Shown here one piece after another: positions 11,901 to 24,158 of a stretch of DNA of 64,000 nt. The position numbers and the translations under genes are program-made. Source of the stretch: Amphiscolops sp. MND2022 (lineage: Eukaryota); assembly GCA_964187785.1 (NCBI GenBank), contig OZ076414.1, forward strand, positions 48,732,001 through 48,796,000, in the 5' to 3' direction. The stretch's first letter is position 1; every line of letters begins with the position of its first letter. The notes under the pieces were generated by a model that was not told where the DNA came from, made no database searches, and was given only the letters and a program-made list of their open reading frames with translations.

Positions 11901-14900
11901 CAGCTACTGGTTAATAAACAATTATTAAATGCAATGACCGACGTTGCTCCCATGTTTACATCGCGTGCGCTCTGTTCAATCAACCTGCAATTGGCAACTG
12001 CGGAGATCTATTGATCCAATATCAATCGTGTAGCCGGTGTGCTCGACCAAAACAAAAATTCCCTTCAAAAGCTGTTCACGATGAACTAGCAAATGGAAAT
12101 GTTGTTAATTTTTTGGTCTCGATTTTGTTACAAGCATTGGTACCTAGCTTCAAAACGTTTATGAATTTTACCAAAAGAAAAAAATAGGAAGCCATTTCGG
12201 TGGTGTCAAAATTTTGTGCCAGTTGAACATTGTTCTGTGTGCGACAAGTCCACCGTCAATTTTCATTATGAGCTTCCGTTTACTTCAAGTATCTTCTCAA
12301 TGAAATTTTTTTTCAGACTTTTGTCTTGAGATCATCGGTATCACAGCTTAATCACCAGTCAAAATCGTTCAGAAATCAACCTTGATTTTCAGCTCTCTCT
12401 TATCCTCAAACGATCTCGAGTTTGGAGAAACCCATATTGACGTAGCATCATCTGATAAACGAGTTCTTCGCATGACCACAAACACTTATAAAAACAGTGA
12501 AGTCACGTACATCAACATCAAATTGATCAAGAAATAAAGAGGATCAAGATGAGTATCGCCTGCAGCAGAGAGTGGGACTTACTGTGAAGAAATTTTGGGA
12601 AATGTTAGCGAATGTGGAAAACATTAGCATGGGTCCTCTCACTTCAGAAAGCAATATGGGGAGAAAAAAATCAACAAGAGGATTGCTCCAACCTATATGA
12701 GGCTGCTGAGATGAAAACACAAAAAACTGCTAACAAAAAGGAAAAAAAATTGTACAACTCATTTCAAATGTAATTACGGCATGCAAGTTTTGCTATTGTT
12801 TCTAGTTTTAATCTGTTTTCATATCCATGAGTCGTAGTGAAATAACCGTTTTTCGATTGTTTTTGTTTTTTTTGCATGTTTTTAGCGTTGAATTATTCCA
12901 TCTTTTTCTATCGCGCTTTTTTTGATGTAAACTTCTAGTCTGTTTTCGTTTTGTTTGGCGCTGACTTTATATTTTCTTTCATCTAAATCCTCTATAAAAT
13001 CAAACTGTATGTCGTTTCTGTTTCCATTGCATATTCTCCTGTCCTCATGAACGCTGTGTCCCAGTTCGTCCTGCAACGTATCGATTTGAGCTTTGTTAGT
13101 TTTGATCTAGTGATTTTGTTCCCTTCCTGTGCTATTTGATGGTTTGTCCGATCTTCGCCTCTTTCCTAAACTTACATTGATTTACATTCTTTTACACTGT
13201 AGTTGATTTACCATTTTCCAGTGTGCTTCATTCTGTTTGAATTACCCTGGCTTTTCTATTGTCCATGTGAAGTTTTTATATCAATTTTACTTTGTCATAC
13301 TAGTTTTTGTAGTCGTGATATGGTGGAGGCAATGCATGAACAACATCTGGACTTTTTCAAACAACATCGGAAACGATTTCGGTACCTGGTGTTAGAAACG
13401 GAACGAAGGATTGGGCTTGACTTTCCTCCAGTATGAAAATTACGCATTTGGAGTTCATTCTTCTACCTTTGATTACTTTTCCGGCTTTGAGAATCAACCA
13501 CTCTACCATGTTCTTTGTGAGTGCGATTCCAGTAATAGAAAAGGTTACAATGTAGCCTGCCTCTATTCGATTTTCTGCCAACTTTTGGCGGATTGTTCGA
13601 GTCACGTCAAGCAATGTGAGATTATGAATCGTCTGCAGGTTGCAATGAAATACAATGTAAAAGAAAACAAAACCTTGACGGCGCAGTGTCGATGCAAAGT
13701 CCGTTTGGTTCAAATCGGACGAGCAAAAGTGTTCAAAGTGGATTTTTACCGACTGCCCCGTTTAGCCGATATCAGTAGTTAATTCAAGGCCCATCGGTTG
13801 CAACTTTGTACAGTTTAGACATTCTCAATGACGGATACGGAAGCATCAACACTGCTTATTTGTATCTTTCGAATGACAAATCCAAAACTTTGTAAAACTT
13901 GCATGGTTTATGAAAATTGGCACGAATATATTCTTCAAACCAGTGTTTCCTTGTCACCGTCAGCCAGTGCTTGACAGCAAAAATTGTATTTTTGGATAAA
14001 TATTGAGCGGTTGGGTATCATTAAATTGGATCATTGTGTAATGACATGTTTGCACTATCAATAATTCATCTGAACGCTGGTCACGCTTAGTAGGAATATT
14101 TGTTTGTATGATGAACTAGTGCCGTTGGATTCAAACAAATTGGATCATCTTAGTGGCATTTTAAAGCTGTCATTACTTCACCTGGACGTTGCGAAGCTGT
14201 CAAACCTTGAAAAAAAAGTATCAGAATCAAGACATTCGGAAACGCTGAAATTTCTTGGAGTGTAAATTTAGTTCTATACATGTACTGTCTAACCAATGAG
14301 TTAGCTCAGCTATTAAGGTATAGTACTCCAGCGTACAAGCGTGGTTTATTCAGGACTGTGTACTGAATAGTTAAACTGCAACACATGCTTTGTTTGTCAT
14401 TGCAAAGTTAATTCTTCCTTTTCAGCTCCGTCAACAACTTTTCAGTTCCAACCAATTCTTTCAAGACTCAAAACGTCACGGTAGAGTAAAAACAGTCATA
14501 GATTGTGCCCACTCATACACATCATAATATTTTGGTTGTCCTTAAATCCGAGAGCGTTTACTGTTACGAAAAATAATTACCACTCAAGCTCAGAGTTCAA
14601 TCGAGAGTAAAAATAGAATACGGCTAAATTGTATACTCATTTTTGAATTTTTATCTTTGGTGAACAATAAGGTACATTCTTCAACTTGTCAGCGTTTGAG
14701 CTACCATGAAACAACCGATGCAGACTTTCATCGTTGTGTGTTTTAACTCGCGGTTCACGTTTTATGAAACTTGGTTCAACAAAACAATAGCAATAATTGA
14801 AGGAGTATGGTGGAAGTACGACTGGTCAATAAAAATTCGGATTCGATCCCAAAAGATTTGTTTCTTCTGCTGAGAGCTGAATGTGTATTGGGAACAAATC

Positions 14901-15146
14901 CAAGCAGCTTCAATCTAACGGACATGGTAGAAATGCCATTCACTACAACAAAAGTCTATGATCGTTCCGAGTTGCCGTATGGTGTACGACAGCTTCAGTT
15001 CGACATTGACTGTCGAAATCTACCGTTTTCATAAATCAATTGGGTTGTATGACAGACTTGGAAAACTTAGAAAGTTACTGGGATATTAGAAGTACCCCTG
15101 AATCACAGAAGAATATTCATGTTCTCTGTCGCCAAAGCATACCGGC
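8945..15146 (+). repeat. Left arm of ~13.2 kb imperfect palindrome
   Basis: Collinear reverse-complement match to 15264-22132 along its length, with indels. Examples: 9781-10235 vs ~20845-21300, and 15040-15146 vs 15264-15370. Confidence 0.92.
12385..12700 (+). pseudogene. Decayed PC4/Sub1-like ssDNA-binding small ORF, copy 1
   Basis: Translation across one frameshift gives ...DKRVLRMTTNTYKNSEVTYINIKLIKK/KEDQDEYRLQQRVGLTVKKFWEMLANVENI. This resembles the PC4 pattern (FKGK-LIDIREY...GISLNPEQWSQLKEQI). Family call by eye only. Confidence 0.4.
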
Positions 15147-15543
15147 ACAAATCAAGAACAAATTGCTTGTGACAGTCAAATTAAATCAGAAACTAGTCCA
15201 GTGAAGCATTGCCCGCCAGCGCCAAAGAAGTATAGAGTTGAAAAATTCAAAAAAGCATCATTGGCCGGTATGCTTTGGCGACAGAGAACATGAATATTCT
15301 TCTGTGATTCAGGGGTACTTCTAATATCCCAGTACCTTTATAAGTTTTCCAAGTCTGTCATACAACCCAACTGGTACTCTAAAAAAGGTATATTTTGATA
15401 GTCAGTGTCAAACAAAAGCTGTCGTACATCATACGGCAACTCGAAACGATTATAAATACACATTCAGCTCTCAGCGGCATAAACCATTCTTTTGGGATAT
15501 CGAATTTGAGCTTTTATTAACCAGTCGTCCTCCCACCACATCA

Positions 15544-15864
15544 CAGTGCATAGGCAAGCTATTTTGCTGCTTGTCGTGAAATCCGGGACACGAAAATTGA
15601 GAAAAGTTGTGGAATCCAGGAGGTTTATTTCTGCAATCTGATTGGTTCGTTTTGCAAAACGTTTTTGTGGAATCCGGGACAAAGCGGTATGCCGATAGTG
15701 CGTACAGCTAAGCATTTGTTACTGGAATCCACAACAAAATCCGTGGAATCCGGGACTTATAACGTAATTTGCCAATTTTGCACGGTTAAAAGTATGATCG
15801 TGGAACCCGAGGTATTGAAAGCACAAAACTGTTCTGTGAGCAAATTTAGCTTGCCTATGCACTC
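15544..15864. mobile_element. Tc1/mariner-like MITE inserted in the right palindrome arm
   Basis: Perfect 17-bp inverted repeat AGTGCATAGGCAAGCTA (15545-15561) / TAGCTTGCCTATGCACT (15847-15863). CAGTG-like end, TA on the right flank and CA on the left. Internal GTGGAATCCGGGAC repeats. Absent at the matching left-arm position (~14810). Confidence 0.55.
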
Positions 15865-17379
15865 TAATACATACTCGTTAATTATTGCTATTGTTTTGGT
15901 GAACCAAGTTTCATAAAATGTGAACCGCGAGTTAAAACACACAACGGTGAAAGTCTGCATCGGTAGTTTAATGGTAGCTCAAATACTGACAAGTTGAAGA
16001 ATGTGCCCAATTGTTCACCAAAGATCAAAATTCAAAATTGAGTTACAATTTGACCGTATTCTATTTCTACTCTAGGTTGAAATCTGTTCTTGAGAGTTAA
16101 TGATTCTGCTTAACACTAAATGCCTTTGGATTTAGGAACAACCAAAAGATGATGATGTGTATGAGTGGGCACAATCTATCATGTGTTGCAATTTAACCAT
16201 TGAGTACATAGTATTAAATACACCACGCTTGTACTCTGGAAAACTATATCTCAATAGCTCAGGTGACTCATTGGCTAGACAGTACATGTAGAGAACTAAA
16301 TTTACACGCAATTTTTGCTGTCAAGCACTGGCTGGGGTTGACAAGGAAACACTGGTTTGAAGAATATATTCGTGCCAAACTTCATAAACCATGCAAGTTT
16401 TACAAAGGTTTGCATTTGTCAGTCGGTAAAAAACCAGTTTGAACACTTTTGTCTTGTCTGATTCGAACCAAACGGACTTTGCATCGACCCCGCGCTAGCA
16501 ATGTTTTGTTTTCTTTTACATTGTATTTCATTGCAACCTGCAGACGATTCATAAGTTCGCATTGCATGACGAGACTCGAACAATCCGCCAAAAGTAGACA
16601 GAAAATTGAATAGAGGCAGAGTACATTGTAACCTTTTATTTTACTGGAATCGCACTCGAAAAGAACATGGTAGTGTGGTTGAAGCCGGAAAGATAATCAG
16701 AGGTAGAAGAATCAACTCCAAATGCGTAATTTGATCCTGGAGGAATGACAAGCCCAATCCTTGGTACCTTTTCTAACACCAGGTACCGAAATCATTTCCG
16801 ATGTTGTTTGAAAAAGTCCAGATGTTGTTCATGCATTGCTTCCACCGTATTGCGACTACAAAAACTAGTTTGACAAAGTGAAATTGATATAAAAACTTCA
16901 CATGGACAATGAAAAGCCAGGTTAATTGCTTGGAACACTGTTTTTTTCGTTGCATAGGACAACCCCAGTTTCAAGATCTTTGGGGCGTTTTTCAACAGAA
17001 TTGCTGTGAAACTTAGAGCTGTGAGGTTATGAATCTAGATTTGAAACCCACGAGGTAAAAACGTGTATAGGTCGAATTATGGTTACTTCACTAATTTTTG
17101 AAGATTGAACAAAAGTATCGAAACAAAAATAGAAATGTTGTGGATTATCTAAATAGTGAATACTTCAACGACGTACTGAATTGAAAGAAGGAGAGGATTG
17201 AAACGGAATGAAGCCAACGGGAAAATTGTAAATCAAGGTAAATCAAGTACAATGCAAACGAATCTAAATCAATGTAAATTTCGTAAAGAGAAAAAGATCG
17301 GATAAACCATCAAATAGCACGAGAAGGGAACAAAATCACTAGATCAAAACTAACAAAGCTCATATCGATACGTTGCAGG

Positions 17380-18700
17380 ACGAAATGGGACACAGCGTCA
17401 TGAGGAGAGGAGAATATGCAATGGAAACAGAAACGACATACAGTTTGATTTTATAGAGAATTTAGATGAAAGAAAATATAAAGTCAGAGCCAAACAAAAC
17501 GAAAGCAGACTAGAAGTTTACATCAAACAAAAAGCGTGATAGAAAAAGATGGATTATATCAACGCTAAAAAACATGCAAAAAAACAAAAACAATCGAAAA
17601 CTGTTATTTTATTACGACTCATGGATATGAAAACAGATTAAAACTAAAAACAATAGCAAAACTTGTATGCCGTAATTACATTTGAAATGAGTTGTACAAC
17701 TTTTTATTCCTTTTTGTTAGCAGTTTTTTGCTTTTTCATCTCAGCAGCCTCATATAGATTGGAGCAATCCTCTTGTTGAATTTGTTTTGCCCCACATTGC
17801 TTTCTGAAGTGAGAGGACCCATGCTAGTGTTTTCCACATTCGCTACCATTTCACAAAATTCCTTCACAGTGAGTCCAACTCTCTTCTGCAAGCGATATTC
17901 ATCTTGATCCTCTTTGTTTCTTGATCAATTTGATATTGATGTACGCGACTTCACAGTTTTTATAAGTGTTTGTGGTCATGCGGAGAAGTCGTTTATCAGA
18001 TGATGCTACGTCAATATGGGTTTCTTCAAACTCAAATAGCACAGGACGGGAACAGAACGAAATGGGAAACAGCGTGAATGAGGAGTGTATTCAAGGGATA
18101 CAAAAACGATATATATTTTATAATTTCATAGAGACATTAAATGAAAGAAAAGTTGAAGTCAGCGCCAACAAAACGAAGGCAGTCTAGAAGTTTACATCAA
18201 ACAAAAAGCGTGAAAAAGATGGAATCAACATTAAAAACGTGCAACAGAAACAAAAACATTCGAAAACCTTGATATTTGTCTTCGATACATGGATATGAGG
18301 ACAGATTCAAATTAGAAACTTCAACAAAACTTGAATGCTGTAGTTACTTTTGAAATGATTTGTACAACTTTTCATTCCTTCGTGTCAGCAGTTTTTTGGT
18401 TCCTGATCTCAGCAGCCTCCATATAGTTTGGAGCGATCCTCTTGTGGATTTTTTTCTCCCCACATTGCTTTCTCAAGTGAGAAGATCCATGGTAATGTTT
18501 TCCACATTCGCTACCATTTACCAAAATTCCTTCACAGTGAGTCCCACTCTCTGCTGCAGGCGATACTAATCTTGATCCTCTTTTTTCTAGATCAGTTTAA
18601 TGTTGATGTACGTGACTTCACTGTTTTTTAAGTGTTTGTGGTCACGCGAACAAGTCGTTTATCAGATGTTGCCACGTCAATACGGGCTTCTTCGAACTCG
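17380..18700. repeat. ~670-bp diverged tandem duplication within the right palindrome arm
   Basis: ~17380-18030 and ~18050-18700 both match left-arm ~12430-13080 in reverse complement. Confidence 0.75.
17750..18032 (-). pseudogene. Decayed PC4-like ORF, copy 2
   Basis: EFEETHIDVASSDKRLLRMTTNTYKNCEVAYINIKLIKK/KEDQDEYRLQKRVGLTVKEFCEMVANVEN, with the same frameshift as copy 1. Confidence 0.4.
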
Positions 18701-18731
18701 AGATCTTTTGAGGATGTGAGAGAGCTGAAAA
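18410..18731 (-). pseudogene. Decayed PC4-like ORF, copy 3
   Basis: Same protein without the frameshift but with several in-frame stops (NT*KNSEVTYINIKLI*KKEDQD*YRLQQRVGLTVKEFW*MVANVENI). Confidence 0.4.
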
Positions 18732-21700
18732 TCATGGTTGATTTCTGAAAGCTTTTGACTGGTGATTAAGCTGTGATACCGATGATCTCAAGACAAGAAA
18801 AAAATTAAACGAGAACATACTTGAAGTAAACCGAAGCTCTTGAGGAAATTTGAAAAACAGAGACCTTGTCGCAGACAAAAGAATGTTCAACTGGGACAAA
18901 ATTTTGACACCACCGAAATGGCTTCTTTTTTTTTCTTTTCCTAAAGTTGATGAACGTTTTGGAGCTAGATACTATTGCTTGAAACAAAACCAAGACCTCA
19001 ATAGTAAAACCATTTCCATCCGCTAGTTTAGAATGGATTTTTTGTTTTGGTCGAGCTGACCGGATGCATGATTGATATTCGATCAATAGATCTCAGTAGT
19101 AACTAACTGCTAATTGATGAAACAGAGCGACACGCTGTGTAACCATGAAAGCGACATCGGTCCTTTGTATTTGATGATTGTTTATTAACCAGTAGCTGCA
19201 AGAAGCGTGTCCCGAGTGGCATATAGATCTCCGTAGTTGCAAATTGCAGATTGACTAAACAGAGCGCCACGCTGTGTTATCTTGAAAGCGACGTCCGCCC
19301 TTTGTACTTGTGATGACTTTCAAACAGTAGCTTCAATAAGTGTGTCTCAGTGGCCTTTGGTTTTAACGTGAGTCAAAAAACCTGAAAATAATCACGCAAA
19401 CAGACTCTGCAGAGGGCGACGCTGGATACGCTCAAATGCGGTTCCGACACAGTATGTGTGAATGTTTATCGCGGCCGCTGATCTCAATCTGACTCTCTTT
19501 ACGGTTGCTTTTATAGCTGACAAATGTTGTCACTCTCATGTTGCTGAGATTGCATGACTTTTGAAAACAGCAAAGTATAGAATTCAAAACCATCCTTTTA
19601 ATTCTCGGCATCAAAGAAGAGAAAATTTTAGCAGAAAACGTTCACTCTGGAAAATGGGAAGTAAATCAAATTGTACAGCTCTATGCACTGTCAATTGCTA
19701 GAATATGTACAGCTCTAAACGCTGGGAGATACTTTACCGTTGAGCTATCGTGGTAATGATATAATGTTCGAGACAGTAGAGATCATACCCTTGATTGGTC
19801 ACAACGTTACATTCCTTAAAATCCTCATTAGTAGGAAGATGCATTCTGAACCATTCAATTCTTGATAGGGTAAAAACTCGGTGTCTCAGTTGGACTTATT
19901 CAAGAAGTACCTTTGATGACGAAGATGAGCGTAAGATTTACTTTCTTTTCATTCCAATGCAACCTTTTTCATAACACAAAGCTTCTCGCTGTCACATCAA
20001 TATGTAAACTTTGCTCCAACTTGTCAAGCAGTACTTTTTTTAGCTTGCAGGTAATAGAAAGGAAACCCCCAGGCTCTCATGACAGTTTTTTTGTAAAAGT
20101 TTCCAAAATGTCCATTTTTTCTATTATTTGAAAGCAGCTTAAATTCTCGGAAACATACAATTGGAGTGATGGAGTCATCATGTTTTTCGACTCATGTTTT
20201 CCGACCATCACTAAAAGACTTGAACACGATGAAATCTAGTTTCGATAGGCATATGGAATTTTTTCTCCAGTTAGGCGGAAACATTACAGGACTGTAGAGC
20301 CCGAGATGTTGGATTTGATATGAGGTTTGTTGTTGGATTTGTTAAAGTATCGATAGAGTTTTTCCAAAGTTTAGAAAACAAATTAACTTGAAGTATCTTC
20401 GCTAGATTTACCTGAAATGACCAGCGAGTAATTTGATCAAGTGCAATTGACTACTATCTGATGTACTGTTTGCCTAAAAATCCAGTATTAAAACTGACGC
20501 ACTGGTTGTAAACTAGACCTGCAATTGATTACACACTGGTACACTGAGCCAAAATATATTCAAGAATTGAGATGAGAAGGACGAGGGTTAGAAGTTTTGA
20601 TAGCGTAAAGTGTTCTTCTTGTAAACCCAAAACTCGTTGATTGATGATTTTACAGGGGATATCTTTGACCTCTTTTTCTATTATTCGCAATACTAAACGT
20701 CTGGAAGCTAAGAAATTGAGATGAATATTAGTGATAGACAGCTGACTGGTAAAGTCTTCCTTGACGGGCACACTAACCTCTCATTTACAGCCCAAAACTA
20801 GACAAATGAAAGGTTTAGCTGCTAAATTTCAATATTCATCTTCGCGAAAGGAGCTTTCTAATAAGATCTCCATTTTCTAAGACTTTTATGATCACGGTCA
20901 GAAGGTGTAAGTATGATATATTTGTCAATGATTACCAGATAATATGAGGCTCAATTGGACTTGATAAGCATTAGCCTTGCTTTTACCGGCTTTTCTTCTT
21001 GTTAATAGTTCTGTTGAGTCTCTGTTTGCAAGAAGAATGGAAGCAATGACTATAGTTATTCTTGATCGATGTCTGTTTTCTTTTCATAAAACAACTCATA
21101 AACATGACTTACGTAATTTTCATGGTGCAAGACAAGATGAACCAAGGTTTTCAGGGTCATAGAATTCTAAGTATTTCAACTTCTTTGCTCAGTATGGATA
21201 TGTATCAATGCGATAAATTGCTTCATGTCAAACTTTGCATAATGCGGCTTTGCATCCATTCATAGTTACTCAGTCACCGCTATAAAATGAGTTGACAAGT
21301 CATGGGCACTCTTGAATTTGAGTTTCGTTTTCTGATGAAAAACTCCCGGAAGAATCAGGTTTACAGAAAGAATTTCTCTAATAGTTTAATTTTAGTTGTC
21401 TTCCGCTGTCAAAAATTTGCTCCAAATTGCTTAAAACTCCAAGTTGAAGCAAGTTTTTGTTTTCTGTTCATTTTTTGAGATTTTACGTGTCCTGAAGAAG
21501 TGTATACTGGTACTTTTCCCCTCATTTTTGACAATTTCAACGCTTTTAACAAGATTTTTGAACGTTTCGCACCATTTCTGGGTTTTTGAAAAAGTTTTAA
21601 ATTTTTGATTTTTTTTGTATGTAGAGTGTGGAGGGGGGATGTGTTTACTTTTTTGGCTTTGTGTTGGATTTGTGATGTCAACGATGCGTTCCATCACATT

Positions 21701-22139
21701 TTTGTATGTTTCACACGTTTTCTGGGTTTTTTTGAAAAATTCCACTTTTTTCATCTAGAGTGTGGAGGAGGTGTGTTGATAAATTTTTTGTAAAATTTCA
21801 AATACCCCCCCTCCCAAGTTAAGCTACCGTTAATAAAAACAAACTACCAATGAAGTATTCGTATTACAAATTTTTATGTTACTGAGAAACAAAAAGTTAG
21901 TTTTGGATAAAAAATTAGCCAGTAATCTGTGTCTGAAAAACTTCTGTGCCTCTTAAACAATTTTTAAAAACTCCAAAAATGCCAAACTGCATGGCGGCCT
22001 GTATTGACCGGTAACAGGTTGCGTTTTTGTTCAAAACGAGCTTGTTGGGCCCTGAGTGCGGCCTTCATACCTACCTGTGTGATATGGTCGAAAAGGAAGA
22101 AAAAAGACCATTCTTTCCAACAATTAGTTTGAGTTGTAT

Positions 22140-22236
22140 TCCCAAGGTTTAACAAGACGCCCGCTAAACACCGGGATATTTTCCGCCTTATCAAAAAAAT
22201 CAGGCGGAAGCGAGATTCGAACCCAGACCCTACTGA
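22140..22236 (-). mobile_element. Possible tRNA-derived SINE fragment
   Basis: B-box-like GGGTTCGAATCTC on the minus strand (~22211-22223). Shares CGGAAAATATCC and AGCGGGCGTCTTGTT with ~57863-57897. No A box seen. Confidence 0.3.
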
Positions 22237-23194
22237 TTGATAGTAACTAAAACAGTCAAGAAACTAAAATAGTCAAGTGGTGGATGGAGATCGTGGAGAT
22301 TTGACAGAATTTACCATTAGTGACTACTTGACTAATTTAGTTAAAAAATAGTCAAGTAGTGGATGACGGTGGAGATTTGGCAAAATTTGTAAAAAAAAAC
22401 GCATCACAGATCATGATTTTCCTCCCCCATTGTATTTCTCTCAAAGACACCCGATCGAGCATTTCAAACCGCAATTACTTTTCACATAAGCATTTGACGG
22501 AAAAACGCAAGGCTTAAAACTTTTTTCGATCAGAGGTATACGCGTATCTTTTGTTTTGAATCAAAAAAAAATTTTACACTTGGGATTTTTGACTTTCGTT
22601 TCCGAAATGTATCGTGCAATATCTCAAGAACCGATGTTAGCAACAGAAAAGGTTCCGATTTTTAAAATTTGCTTCGATCTCTAACTTTTCACGTTAACAC
22701 TTTTTCTGAAACCGCCCTCCTTAAGCATTAACCTAGCAAATTGATCACCAAATGTCAAAACTTTTATTTCTACTCCTTAAAAATGTGGTTTTGGCGTACT
22801 TATAATCATCATTTTTGACTATTGGGTGTTTCATTAAAAAAGCTTACAGGAAAAGATTAAAAGTGAAAATTGAAATCTTTTGTCAAGACTACAAAATGGT
22901 CACGAGAGGTTTTCAGAGATAAATCCAGATAAGTTCGAACTATTCCTAAACATCATCCGATATATCTTCTAAACTTTTCATTCGACTTGAAAACAAAAAC
23001 TACCGTTCTAATTGTCAATACAGTTTCAGAGGTTTCTGATTCGGAGTTTTGTTTGTAATTAGAATTTTAAAAATGATATTGCGCTTGAAAAGCCAAATTG
23101 AGTGTCTTTAGCTTTTTGGTACCCCTGCTTACCTCGGAAAAACCCCGGTCGAACCCCTCTCTTGTTTGTTCCTTTCCACTGGGGCGTAGAAATT

Positions 23195-23800
23195 CCCGTG
23201 CTGACAACCCAGGGCAACCCACGGGTCCACCGCACTACACATCGCAGCACCACCGGTGGCCACCGCGGTGGCTATGACACATTTTATGGCGGCCACTGGT
23301 TGTAGAAAAATTTTCCCCAGCGGTGGCCACCGCAAAATGGGTTATTATAGAAAAACCGGAACAAGATCTGAAATACCAAAAAACCACTGAAATAAGAGCA
23401 AAAACTACTGAAAAAACACCGTTTTAAGATATAAAATTACCAACAAACTCCACTCGTATAAGTCTAAAATTATAATTTTAGACTTATGTGAGTGGGGTTT
23501 GTTGGTAATTTTATACCCAAAACCCACTGGAATAAGATCTAAACGTATCTCGGACACGATCTGAAACTGCAAACGGGGTTTACAGATACTTCAGAACCGG
23601 TCCTTATAATTTTCCCATTTTGTTTGGCTTCGATGCATTAGGGGCGCAAATAACGTCAAAATAACAGCACTCAGTTGCTACAAATTTTGAACGAAAATCG
23701 CCGGTGGGAGAGCCTCCACGTAAGCTAACTTTCCCTCATCGGTGGCCATCGGTCTTCCATTGATGGCCAGTGGTGGGTTACCATGGGTTGTCAGTACGGG
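23195..23800. mobile_element. Non-autonomous CMC/EnSpm-like element (2-bp TSD TT)
   Basis: 26-bp TIR CCCGTGCTGACAACCCAGGGCAACCC vs CCCGTACTGACAACCCATGGTAACCC (23/26). TT on both flanks. Subterminal GGTGGCCA(C/T)C repeats. Confidence 0.78.
23430..23515. repeat. 86-bp loopless palindrome in the centre of the CMC-like element
   Basis: TATAAAATTACCAACAAAC...TCTAAAAT-TATA-ATTTTAGA...GTTTGTTGGTAATTTTATA, with 3 mismatched pairs. Confidence 0.9.
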
Positions 23801-24158
23801 TTATTTTTGTTCATTTGTCCCAAACATCTTACTCTATGTTTTTTAACGTATCTCTTCCAGTCTCTAATTTAACGAACCTGTCTTTCTTACGTTATAAATA
23901 TTCTGTGATGAAGCTGGACTCTCAGAGTTCTGAGCATTTTGATTTTCAATACCCATTTCAGTGTTATTCATATAAAAGTGAAACCATGCTACCACTGCGT
24001 AGTTTTCTAGGAAAAAATCATGAGGGAAAGTATATGTTGCACTGAACGGTCGGTTCTTCACTGCATTAAAATAGAACGTTGCTATTTGTTATTACGTAAT
24101 ACGTGAAAGCTGTGAATTAAAACATTGACATTTAAAACATTGAGAACTGAATATCGAA

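Larger units (their letters stand above)
15264..22132 (-). repeat. Right arm of ~13.2 kb imperfect palindrome
   Basis: Reverse complement of 8945-15146. It carries a MITE insertion (15544-15864) and a ~670-bp tandem duplication that are absent from the left arm. Confidence 0.92.

Noticed and set aside
8945-22132. Long-read or MDA fold-back chimera
   Set aside because: The arms differ by many substitutions, large indels, a MITE and a tandem duplication.
8945-22132. Complete Polinton/Maverick
   Set aside because: No pPolB, integrase, ATPase, protease or capsid motifs, and no 6-bp TSD or (AG)n-type termini.
22200-22236. tRNA gene
   Set aside because: Only a B-box-like motif; no A box or cloverleaf.
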